Shown here: one piece after another, positions 52,182 through 64,000 of the stretch
How positions within the stretch are numbered: position 1 is the first letter of the stretch
Layout: each line of letters begins with the position of its first letter
Made by a program: the position numbers and the translations under genes
Source: Phallusia mammillata
Taxonomy: Eukaryota
Length of the DNA: 64,000 bases
Direction: 5' to 3'
Assembly (NCBI GenBank): GCA_965637545.1
Contig: OZ281494.1
Span: 14,384,001-14,448,000, forward strand
Notes under the pieces: generated by a model
Told to the model about the DNA's origin: nothing
The model's database searches: none
What the model saw: the letters and a program-made list of their open reading frames with translations, nothing else

Positions 52182-55100
52182 ATGTTGCCCAAGCCAGATA
52201 CCAACCCGAAAATTCAATACACTCAGGTATGAAATACAGTTGTTGACTTTCAAGTTTATTGTTGTTTGTGGTACTTTTTAGTGCTTTCTGTTAATTAATT
52301 TCTACATTGTAGTACTGATTGATTTTAATTAGTTTCTGCACTGGTTGGTTTTAGAATTCTGTCAAAAAACATGTGTATCTCTTAAAGTTTAATCGATGTT
52401 AAAAGGACACTAAATATTGGTTGATAACAGTTTATAAGGATACAGTTGTAAAAAGAATGCCACAAACAACTTGCAAAACAAATAACACTTAACTGTAAAA
52501 TTATTAATTCAGTATATATCTGGTTTAGGAAATGGTGTACATGCGTTGTGCCATTTGAATTTTCTTGTTTCTTGCAGATTTTCATTAATAATGAGTGGGT
52601 GAATTCAGTTAGTGGGAAAACATTTCCAACTATTAATCCATGCAATGAGGAAACCATATGCGAAGTACAAGAAGGTGACAGGGTATGTGACACTTAAATT
52701 TTCACATCCATAAATGATTAGTAAGGTAAATATTGTTAGTCTGTTTCCTTCAATTAGGCTGATGTGAATAAGGCAGTCGCAGCAGCCAAGGAGGCATTTA
52801 AGTTAGGATCACCATGGAGAACCATGGATGCTTCTCAAAGAGGAAGACTTCTCAACCGATTGGCGGATTTGATTGAGCGTGACAGACATTATTTAGCTGT
52901 AAGTAGTTCCACTTTGTTGCTTTTACTTTTAGTTTAGAGTTTAAAATTACTTTAAAGCCAAACCATTTTGTTGCATTTGTATTTTAGTGTCTTGAAACTT
53001 TGGACAATGGTAAACCATACCACATTTCATACAATACTGATTTGCATTTGGTTATTAACTGCTACAGGTAAGAAATGTACAGTATTGCTGATTTCTTTTT
53101 CTGAACATTGCTGGTGAGACAGTTATATAATTGTATGTATAAATACATATATATGATTGCTTCAAAAAAGTTAACTCCTACACTGCTCTAGAAGTGGCTA
53201 TAACAAAATATACATACAGTAGTTGGTGTGAAATTATTTGTTGCAACCAGGTTTTTTTTAAGGTTTGGTTTGGGTGACCGCTAAGTAGTTTTAAGAGACC
53301 GCAAGTGTTTCATTTAAATATCAAAAAATAGCCATATTTGCTTAAACGAATTATTTATTAGGCTACTGGCAAATTTTGGGAAACCGCTGGAAAAATTTTT
53401 CAAAACACCTTAAAAAAAACTGGTTGCAACCATCAGCAGAGTGTCTGTTTGGGTGTGTTTTGCCCTAATTTGGATTTTGTATTGTTGTGTGGCCTACGTT
53501 GTTGCATAGACTCCCATTTCAATTCAATTAGTTTGAAACCTGAGATACCAGGAAGCTAAACAGCTTAAACCAGTAGGTCAAGCGTGCTAAAGGCAGTAGG
53601 TCAAGCGTGCTAAAGGCAGTAGGTCAACTTAAAGCATTAGATCAAGCGTGCAAGTGCTTGGCAATGTTGCTGCATCTTTCCTCAACGGCAGACACGCGGG
53701 CGTGCGCGCACACACACACACACACATACGAAAAAGAACTGATACAAACATATTTCAATCAGCTGAACTTTGTTACAATTTCTAATTGTCTTGAAGGTAC
53801 TATGCTGGATGGACGGACAAGAATCACGGCAAGGTCATTCCCGTTGGTAAGTTGTGTCATCATACTTTTTTGCATACAATCAAAACAAGCAAAGATAAAA
53901 ATGTGAAACAACCTTTGAACAGCATAAGATAAAAATGAAATTCAAGTGAAACTTTCATCAGATGACTTTGCATAAATGCTGTAATAAAGTGGTTCACTAC
54001 GCTGCATGCGTCACGAGATCATGAAACCTATTCCCGGGGGAAAATTGCGAACATGAACGTGACTTGTCAAAGAGCCACAGACACATAGAATGTTTGACTC
54101 TGTGTTTACACACAGGTAACATTTGCTTGCTAGGCAATAAATTTGCCTTTGATGAAACTCAGTGCATAGATCGAGACAGCAAACCTTCGTATGAAATTCA
54201 AAGCGAATAAAATAACGAACATTACAAAGGCAGATAAGAAACACTTTTTTGTATTCACTTTAGTTCCAAAGCCTTCTACCCCTCTACAGTTTAGCCTGTT
54301 TTCTCATAATTGCGGCGTTCTAGCCGGACGTTGTTTTGCTTCCGTATTGTCTCAAATACCACCGGCCTGTGCAGTAACTTGCAACAGAGCCTGAGCATTT
54401 AGGGCAGTGCGAAATTACTTGTACCTCGTCACAAATATGGACATCGAATGCGATTATTTCGTGTTACATTATTCCTCACTTACACGACAGGTAAATAGTT
54501 TAATCCAAATCCCAATCTAATCAAAGCCAAACACGAGAAAGGACTTTGAGACCTCTTTGTTAGCATTTTGTTTGAACTGTACATTTGTATGCAAAAACGC
54601 GATAACAATGAAAACACATTCGACTGAGAAGTAGGTGTCACGGATTTGTTGAAAGTTCTGTTTTTAACCAGACGGAAACTTTTTCTCGTACACTCGCCAC
54701 GAGCCTGTTGGGATCTGCGGTCAAATTATCCCCTGGAATTTTCCACTCTTGATGCAAGCGTGGAAGCTTGGCCCAGCTCTAGCATGCGGCAATGTTGTTG
54801 TGATGAAACCAGCTGAACAAACCCCACTTACAGCTCTTTACATCGCCCAACTGACCAAAGAGGTACGGCTACTGTAACTTAAATAGATCACTTGTGGGAA
54901 CGACGCTTTGTGTTAACTGATATTTGGTGACACGTCATGGGGCTTTGTTTTAGCCTGCGCTTTAACGGATCGTTGTAATATAAAACTGTTACGGCAAGGT
55001 GCAAAGGAATCGTTTGACTGTTTCAGTACCAACTGGGACAAAAAAGCAAACCAGATGTACTTTGAATAAAAAGAGATTGCTACTTAAAAAATCGTAAAGT

Positions 55101-58100
55101 TGAATGTTTGCGCAAAATTTCGCCATTACAATGCGTACGTCAATTTAAACGTGCACAAAAAATGCTCGCAGTTTCTGCCACACACCTGTGATTCGTGGCC
55201 TCGGCACCGAATAATCGCACTGGCTAATCCTATTAACGTGCGACTTGCGGCCAAGCTATTTCTTTGGATCGGTTTAGTAATGTTTTCTACCACATGCCAA
55301 GTATGACATGCACTTGAGCTCCGCTGCTTCGGGCAATCGCATTTACACGGCGTTGCTTGCGAGATTACCAAGTTCGCTGAAAATATTTTTTCCACTATTT
55401 TCACGATACTAGATACCTCAAATTCTTTCGTCAGAAATATTTTAATGCGGCTTGCGTGTTGACAAACGGAGAAGTCAAAGATTTATTTTTTTTAGTTTGT
55501 CACACTTTGGACCACCTCAGAGCACAAGATTTTTGTCGTAGACACATAGACACTTACATGCAGACGTTTGTGCATTTGATGCACCACCTGCAATTAAGTT
55601 CAAGCGGGTCCTGTATGCTGGCTTGTTTAACGCTGGGTATCATGCTTTTTTACTTTTGCTTGTATTCACCACTTTCGGTCAGACTGAATTTTATTTTCCC
55701 CGTTTTGTCCCTCGTTCCCCCTATTGTTTAAAGATAGCAGCTGTTTCCGTTTTGTTGCTGTTAATAATGCCACTCATTGCCTTGTGCTTAGTAAGAGAAA
55801 GACTTTTCCACTTAACCCACCGAATGACACTAAAACACGCAACGTCGCTATGCAAACACTTTACACTTTTTGTGACAAGCCTGTTTAAATGTGTTTAGGC
55901 TGGTTTCCCCCCAGGCGTGGTAAATATGATTCCTGGATACGGACCAACTGCTGGAGCTGCAATCAGCGAACACATGGACATCGACAAAGTTTGCTTTACC
56001 GGCTCGACCGAGGTTTGTGCGAATCACGTTGCCAGATTTTTGGTAAACACTCAGTTAATGATTGCCAAAAATTCAAGCAAACAAACGTCTAAGTTTAAAG
56101 TCCCTGTCATGCTGGTGTCAATAAATACGTGTAACGCTGATATTAAAGGAGACAACGGCACCAGTTGTAATGTACTCATATGTATTTGGTTAAATCCAAC
56201 CAATCCAGTTATGTGACATGTAAGAGTGCATGGTTGTTAACTCTAGTGGTTGCAAACCTTATAAGTGTTTAATTCGCAAACGAATCAAGCACCGTTGCAA
56301 TGTGGTCATTTCACCTCCGTACAAACTAACGATAGATTGGTCACGTGATCATGCAAGCGGCTGGAAAGAGCAACCTGAAGAGAGTGAGTTTGGAGATGGG
56401 AGGCAAGAGTCCAAACATCATTTTTGCGGATGCTAACTTGGACGACGCTGTGGAAACCGCTCATAACGGCCTCTTTTTCAATCATGTGCGTATATCAGAC
56501 TGCTGCTAAATTAACCTTGAAACGAACGTACATCATTTTTGTACATATTTTACAGCAGTTTTGGTGAACTATTTCCTGCTGGAAACAGTTCTAGGAATCT
56601 ATGTTTAGCAACGATTTGGCTTTCTGGTAACGCGTCATGGCGTCGAAAGTTTAATACTGTTACGTCATAGCGATAAACAAATAGCATGCTGGGTTGCGCT
56701 ACTTTCACAAGTTATTCTTTTGGGGCATTCTTAAATAGATGTCTATCGGTTAAACGTTTTCTCCAATCTTACAATATATGCCCCTTTTCGCTTCCAAGTA
56801 CCGGGCATGACCTGTAACGTTGGGAAATACGCTGCTAAAATGCTATGAGACCTTCAAGTAAGCCGTTGTTTGTTCGAGCCATAAAACAGTGTCTTTAGTG
56901 AAAGTGAACTAAAACCTTTAATTTAAGCAAAATATGGCAACCACAATACCAGCAAATACCGAGTGGTGCTGTATATGCAAAGTAACGAAACTAATGGGTC
57001 GATAACAAGATTTTGAAATACCGGCGAGAAAAAGGTCCAACTATAAAATTTTTGTGTTGATAGATGTGACCTTATGTACTTTTTACGAAATTAATCATGG
57101 AAGACTGCATAAATCTCATCCATAAACCCACGTAAATTATACTTGTTTTTGCGCTTTCACAGGGTCAATGCTGTTGTGCCGGGTCCCGCATCTTCGTTGA
57201 GGAATCGATCTACGACGAGTTCGTGAAGCGAAGTGTGGCAAGGGCACAGAAGAAAGCTGTGGGAAACCCATGGGACGATGGATGCGAACAAGGACCACAA
57301 GTGGGTTTTTAAAGATTGGTCAACCCGTGTTGCCAAATGTGTGGTGGTTTCATAAGTCGTGCTGCGTACAGTTGTGAGTTGTGACTAGTGCTGTGCCGAA
57401 TATTGGGTTTAACGAATTTTTTTGGCCGATTCGGCTATTTTCACAAATATTCGGTTTCGTCCGAATTATGGTGATTTCCGAAACCAAATCGTTTGCGAAC
57501 AGAAACTTAAAGCGCAAAAGTTTTTTCTGCTTATTAAGGTACCACACAATCTTTCAAACTACGCAATAACCAAATTCGCGTCAACAGTTTTGATTCTCAA
57601 ACATTTTTGTTTTGCCCACTCCCAACACAAAGTTAGTAATTGGTTGGTAGGCTAAAATATATGACCGAAGCGACCTTAAAGCGCACAGACCTAGAATGAT
57701 AATAAAATACAATTATTCTGTTGCGGCAACGGCACAGTTAAGCGTAGCGTTCGGTTGCGTGACGTCACAAATAATTCAGTTGATTTGAACTGCCGAGTAT
57801 TTGGTTTCCATCCGAACCCAATTTAGACAAATCGATGCATCATTGGTTATGACTAGGGCGATTATTTTTTGACTTGTCAAAAAAAGTCACAATTTTTAGA
57901 ATAGGTCAAAAATTGTCAAAATTATTTACAAAGTCAAAAATTAGCCTACAGCCATATTTTTTACAATAATGTGTAATTTAACTACTTAAATTCTTCATAG
58001 GTCAAATTTTAGTCAAAAAAAAGTTTTTTAATGTCAAAATTTGTCAAAATTTTTAATTTGTAGGTAAACATTTTTCGTTTTTTAGGTCAAAAAATAATCG

Positions 58101-61100
58101 CCCAAAATGTACGTGTACGAGATTTTGACATTGGATGTCAAGACAATTTTTTGGGATTATGTTCTCAGAAAACAGCCCTGGGCGTTATCATGCCACATTT
58201 TTGGCGGTTTGGCACGCATTTGGTTTGTTCGTACTCTGACCTTAATAAAGCCAAAATATTTTATCTAGGTCAGTGCCATTTCTTTGAGTGTGTGTGTGTG
58301 GCAAGTGTATAAACTGATAGAAATTAAAATGCTAAAAATTGCAACCAAAACGCGGAAATGTCTTTGGGTACTCTCTGCGACAATTAGCCTATTTTACAAC
58401 ACGACTTTTACAACATGTGTTTTGTTTTTGTGAGGCTCCACAACCGCGGATAAAGCTTTTTTTAATCCAAAACCACGTATTTCCATTTAAATTTTTAATC
58501 TCTTTTTATATTTTATTTTCAATCTCTTATTTTCAATTTTTTAGGTCGACGCGGAACAATTCGCAAAAATCCAGGGTTTGATTGAAAGTGGCAAACAGGA
58601 GGGTGCTGATTTGCTGTGTGGAGGTGGTCGGTGGGGAGACAAGGGCTACTTCATCGAGCCTACTGTGTTCGCCAACGTGACTGATAACATGAGAATCGCT
58701 ACCGAAGAGGTGTGTGTTGTTTTTAGCAGGCCAATTGCAAAATAAGCTCTTGTGCAAACAAATTACGTTGAAGCAAAGATAACTGATTGGTTGTGACATT
58801 TATAGAATGCTGCAACTGAATTGGAAAAATGGAACATGTTCTATCCAATTTTATGTTAAATAAATGCCTTAATACATCTTTGCCTTGTACATAGTTATTC
58901 ATTGACTGCTTAACGTTAATGTGACACAGTGATATTTAACTTATTTAGTGGCTAATGTTTTACTTTGTAACAATACAAATGGCCTTAAAACCAACCTTAA
59001 AATAAATTCGGCAGATCTTTGGGCCAGTGCAGCAGATAATGAAGTTTAAGACCGTGGATGAAGCAATCGAGCGAGCCAACAAAACATGCTACGGACTTGC
59101 AGCTGCAGTTATCACCAACGATCTGAACAAAGCAATCATTGTGTCGAACGGCGTGAGAGCTGGAACTATTTGGTAGGTGCAATACTGCTTACCCTGCGTG
59201 ATTGCTTCCCCTACCTTTACTGTAACCTACAGTGCACCATGGCGATAATGGCGTATGCTATGCAGAAAGAAATAACTAGCCATACAACATCGATATGGGT
59301 AATCTGTTTATTACAAAATAGCTTCCTAATTACAGTGCCTACTTGAGCGGTGACCTAATTATTCTCGCATATTTTTTATCAATATAGTTATACTGCAAAA
59401 TATTTAACCATTATTCTTTGCCACTTTTGTTCAACTCGGTGGTGCGCATCAGGATACAAAAAACGCCATATCGGCGCATTTTCATTTGTGGTAATTAGCT
59501 GTACCCTTGCCATCAGGAAATAATTAGCTAAAACACATTTCCGCGCCTAAGCACCACGTGAACGCACTACTAGGACATTAATTAGCTGACAAATTCAGCA
59601 CACATTTAAAACAGTCTGTATATTTCTTATTGCGAAACATTTGATAAATCGATTTCGCTCAAATACATGGGATCGTCAGTCCTAAACAGGAACTACTAGG
59701 AGTTTCCTATGTATCCGAACCGCCGATATGTTTACTTTATCTATAATTGCTGTCAAAATTTGGAAATACTGTTTAAAATGTGATGAAGACTTAGTTGTGA
59801 TTTTGTTTTGTATTATAATTCCACGCAAGTTAAATCGAACTAAACTTGTGTCCCGTTCGACGGCTACCTATAAATCGAAATATGGTAGTTTCACAAAGGA
59901 AAGATTCTTATTAAACCCAAATAGTATAACATGTACAGTGTACACACATGTGTGTACTTTCACACCCCTTGTGCTCAGTGCAGACCGTTAAACTTTGAAC
60001 GGTCACGCTTATTCAGAGACGCAAAGGCACGTTCGCTACATTTCGTGTAACGGGAGTTTCTTGGTTATGATTAATGTAAATGTTCTCTTGTGAATAGTTC
60101 AAACGGCGTTGCTGCAACATGGAATCGTGGTAACTTCTCGCACGTTGCCTTAAAATTGTAATCATTTCATACGGGGCTAAATACTGATACCTGTCCTTAA
60201 AAATTGCAATTAATCATTATTGGCACGTTTGCTTTTGGTTCTACACCAACTCGTGTGTTAAAATTTTAATTTCAGACTCAAATATAATAAGTCGTGGATA
60301 ACACCTCGTGCTCGTGTCTGCGAAATAATTGTCACGTTTTGAGGTCATCACAGTGACAAATAAGTCCCGTGCTGCTGACCTAGCTGTAAATACATGCTCG
60401 TCACCTGCATTGCTTCCCACGTTTGTGCTTAGTTGTGCGTTCAAGCGCGCCGAACAAGTTTGCGAACTATTGTCAGGCTGTACTGTGTTGTCCAAGCAAG
60501 CTTGTCAGCACTTTTCAAACCCTTACCCTTTTGGTGACACTCACTTCGTTTTCTATGTCCGTTACAGGGGGATGACCAGCATATATGTAAGAAATAATGA
60601 TGGGCGGGCGACAAACTGGTAGACAATTGTGGTTCACTCTTAGGGTTTGCATTAGTATTTTTGTAGTAGAATATACCAGTATCGGTCTTAACTGTAATGC
60701 CACAAACTGATTGCGAAAGGTTTGGTCCTTACATGAACCAGATAAATACGTGATTAGTCGAGGGCAATCGAGTTTTCGATCATTGGACATTATTTTTACT
60801 AGTCACTTTTCACGTTAAGACGTTATCCGCAGACTTACACGCGTTTAACAAATCTTTCACCTTGTGTGACACCAATTTATCGTGTCTTACGACATATTTA
60901 ATAGCGTGTAGTTTTGACCACAAACATTCTGTTGAAAAAGAAAACTAAGATTATGTTTAAAACGACGACAAATATAACCTGATGTCAAGTAGCACTAAAG
61001 CTTGTTTTTGCAAATATTTGTGCTACCTTCAAACTTCTGGTCCAAAAGCACTCTGTTGCAACTTTTTGTTTGTTATTCTTATGATAAAGATTGTGGTTGT

Positions 61101-62332
61101 TATGTTGTGTTGTGTAAACAATGCTGCTGTCAATTCGATCAACTAAATGCCCGATTTAAGTTACCTGAAGCCCGAACGACTTGTTTTCTTAATTAGTTGT
61201 GCCATTGGTGGTGATTTAAACAAAATGTTCTGAAAGATATTAATCAAAATTTTGTGTTTTAGTTTAGTTTGGATAGATTTTGGTTACTAGTTTTATACTA
61301 TTTTTTGTTGATTAAACATTATTTTTCGAATTAAACATACCATTGTAAAATCCTGTGCACTTTTCACGAGGTTTAAAAACAAGACAAATTGTAAGCCAAG
61401 ACAACGCTGTATTTGTGGGACGTAACGACATTTGTTCTGCATCATGTAGGGTAAACTGCTACAACGTGTTCTCTGCTATGACACCTTTCGGAGGATACAA
61501 GATGTCCGGCCAGGGCCGCGAGTTGGGTGAATATGCATTGGAGGGATACACCGAAGTCAAATGTGTAAGTTCATTTGCAAAATTATGTATAATTACGCCT
61601 ATGTGTGTATATGTATGTAAATTGCAAATTGCGCTGTTCATTTTGACATTTACATGGCTGTAAATGATTTAGGACTGTGTTTCAGCCTTTTTGTATGTGG
61701 GAATATTTGTATTTGGTAGTTAGGAAACATATTGTTTGTCTTGCGTCAAGTTACCTAATGACAAGAGCATGGTAAGTTTACTCGCTAAAATAAAGCAACC
61801 TCGCCGATAAGTGCGCCATGGGATGAAGAAAAACATGTACAGCTTAAAAAGAAACTTCCAATGACCATCGGCTAGCGAAGAATGTTGTCATAACAATACA
61901 CTAATAATTATGTAACATCGAATTAACCACAGTCCTTCGGCTATGTTAATCGTGTGTGACCTATGACACTTTAACCCGAAAACACACGTGTTGCAACGTC
62001 AATTTTGAACGAAGCAAACGACATTTATCTGTAAATTTATGTGATTTGATTGACTTGGTTAATGAAGTTTGTGGTTAGCAGGCGCTTTATTACAAATTGT
62101 AGTAAATCATAAGTAGCTGCTGAGAAAAGGACGGTTACAATTCGTCTCGTTGTGTTTCATTCGGGTGATATGTAAATGTTCGAAGAATTTTGTGGTAAAG
62201 CGTTTCGTTCCCTCCTGAAACCAACATTTAAATAAATCCCAGGCAAACTGACAAACTTCGTGCAACTTTTGCCAACTGTTCGTACGTGTTTTGTTGCAGG
62301 TAATCACCAAAATCCCTGAAAAGAACTCCTGA
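52182..62332 (+). CDS. Aldehyde dehydrogenase, ALDH1/ALDH2 family (ALDH2-type active-site signature)
   Basis: 13 exons: 52182-52226, 52578-52682, 52758-52898, 52988-53067, 53797-53846, 54672-54862, 55899-56012, 56336-56485, 57163-57300, 58545-58709, 59014-59171, 61450-61564, 62300-62332. Motifs [71 protein letters not shown]. Confidence 0.96.
53240..53430. mobile_element. Small inverted-repeat element (MITE-like) in ALDH intron 4
   Basis: GTTGCAACCAGGTTTTTTTTAAGG ... CCTTAAAAAAAACTGGTTGCAAC. No TSD identified. Confidence 0.6.
53571..53626 (+). repeat. 23-bp tandem repeat, ~2.5 copies, each with AGGTCA
   Basis: CAGTAGGTCAAGCGTGCTAAAGG units start at 53571, 53594 and 53617. Confidence 0.85.
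57386..57845. mobile_element. hAT (Ac/Tip100-type) MITE, diverged
   Basis: Ends TAGTGCTGTGCCGAAT / AATCGATGCATCATTG. TSD GTTGTGAC/GTTATGAC. ATTCGG/CCGAA subterminal repeats like 9327-9729. Confidence 0.65.
57854..58105. mobile_element. hAT-like MITE abutting the previous element
   Basis: TIRs TAGGGCGATTATTTTTTGAC / GTCAAAAAATAATCGCCC. Many internal GTCAAAA repeats. Confidence 0.7.
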
Positions 62333-63098
62333 ATTTTCCGAAAATACGACATTTCTTCCGGAAATCAGAGCATATGCATTGTAATAAGTCCATCATCATT
62401 TAATTGTTAATTTCTGCCTCGAACCTGTCAGTGTGTATAATTATTTTCAATCGTGTACAAGTTTCGTGTGTACTGGCGATATATACTTGTCTAATATTTT
62501 GATGTAAAGACTAATTTTCCCTCACATATACGTTTGTGCAACACGCAGCATCTACCCGCTAGACGAAGGCACAGAAATATTACAGAAACAGTATGTGGCT
62601 AAAATCAAGCAATTTTTAGGTTATGCGTTTGAGGTACAGAAAATTAGAAAAAGGTCGCCTGTAAGAAGCTTGTAGCCTATTTCCCAAAATTGCGTATTAG
62701 GGCAGATTGGGTATTAGGCTACCTCGAATTCAATGTCCTCGTTCTAAGAATTGCACGCTTATCGAAACTACGTGCAGTGGAAATCCGTTTAGATCACGAA
62801 GCACTGAACGTAAATTGACACAGACTCGTCAATATCAGCAAGCACGGGGCCTTCAGTGAAATGAAATTAATCTGAGAAGACCTGGTTCATTAATTTGTAA
62901 TGTTTAAGCCACGACGTTTCGCTTTCTTTTTGTCGTTAAAACAAACGCATCTTGGCCGAAGCCTACTACACGTACATGGCGATTACTGCTAAGCGAAATG
63001 ACGGATTATAGGATTAGGTCATCGCATTTAAGTTCAATTTTAGTTGGGACGTAAAACACGTGTGTACGATGCGACTCACCAAAAACAATCGTCTACAC

Positions 63099-63315
63099 CA
63101 GTGGTCGGCAACCGCCGGTCCGCGAGGAGTTCGTTACCGGGCCGTATAATTTTTCAGGTTAAATGCTATAAAACATTTTGCCCATGTATCCCGGGCATGA
63201 TAAACTAATTTGAGCGTTTTTATAGCTATATATTTGTAGTTTTTTGAAGACCGGTCCGCGATAAAATTTTAGTTTCACAACCGGTCCGCAGTGCAAAAAA
63301 GGTTGCCGACCCCTG
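63099..63315. mobile_element. hAT (Buster/Charlie-type) MITE
   Basis: TIRs CAGTGGTCGGCAACC / GGTTGCCGACCCCTG. Perfect TSD GTCTACAC. Internal CCGGTCCGCG repeats. Confidence 0.92.
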
Positions 63316-64000
63316 GTCTACACGACCAAACACGCAACCGACGGCGCATCGCCCTTTACTGAAGTCAGCAACGAAAAGATCTGAACGACATTGCACTGTT
63401 CTTGGGTTAATTTCTCTGTCGTCATTTTTGCAAAGACGCTAGCTTGACAAAATGCATGTAAAAATACAAAAATGGCAATTTTGACAACCCGCCATGTAGT
63501 TTAGTGCGTTACATTATATTTACGTTAAAGTATACCAACAGTGTGACAGAAAATGTCACCAAGTTGTACATCCTTCCGTCCGGCAGAAAACAAAAAATAT
63601 GCCACGCATACGAATAACAAGTTTTAATTTGGGGAAAGTCCCACATTAAAAACAATTTCATGAAGCGATTGCCTTATGTTTGAGGTAAAATGACAATCGA
63701 GAACGTCAATGTAATGAAGATGAGCTTGGTTCGTTTATAAAGGATGACGCAATTGAACTATAAACCGATTTCAACAGCATAAAACAGGACCAGTTAAAAT
63801 AGTTTAGTTCTGTGTCAACAAAACTAGACACTTACATACGCCCACATGTGTGGTTTAAATCATACATTTCTACACAGGTTTTGCGATTTACAAAACGTTG
63901 CGAGCAATACCAGTCAACTATAAACATTAACTTCTTCTATGAATTGAACCAACATTTCCGCGTCTATTGTTGTATTTATAATAGGGTTGCCATACGTCAG

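Noticed and set aside
59172-61449. 60-100 aa ORFs in large ALDH introns as nested genes
   Set aside because: No recognisable motifs or phase-consistent exon chains; most start at non-ATG codons.
63982-64000. TAGGGTTGCCA, possible start of another hAT MITE
   Set aside because: Cut by the window edge; the second TIR and TSD cannot be checked.

Overview
AT-rich, intron-dense animal DNA with many 55-110 nt introns. Gene content suggests an ascidian/tunicate (inference). Exon structures were reconstructed by hand from splice signals, phase continuity and paralog comparison. The window holds: (1) two tandem adhesion GPCR paralogs, one 5'-truncated by the window edge (to 7948) and one complete (16747-33761). 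Their ectodomains combine FN3 repeats (plus CUB/EGF in the complete copy) and a furin-site-bearing module resembling the juxtamembrane domain of R3 receptor tyrosine phosphatases with a GAIN/GPS-7TM core. (2) Between them, a ~5 kb Mutator-like element (56-bp TIRs, perfect 9-bp TSD) nested in a hAT MITE. It carries a disabled transposase and a second, convergent, spliced gene I cannot assign to a family. (3) An LDLa-repeat rhodopsin-class GPCR with an RXFP/GRL101-like 7TM but no LRRs. (4) A minus-strand ZP-EGF-TM gene. (5) A 13-exon ALDH1/2-family gene with ALDH2-type channel residues but no visible mitochondrial presequence. (6) About ten MITEs. No rRNA, tRNA or CRISPR features were found.
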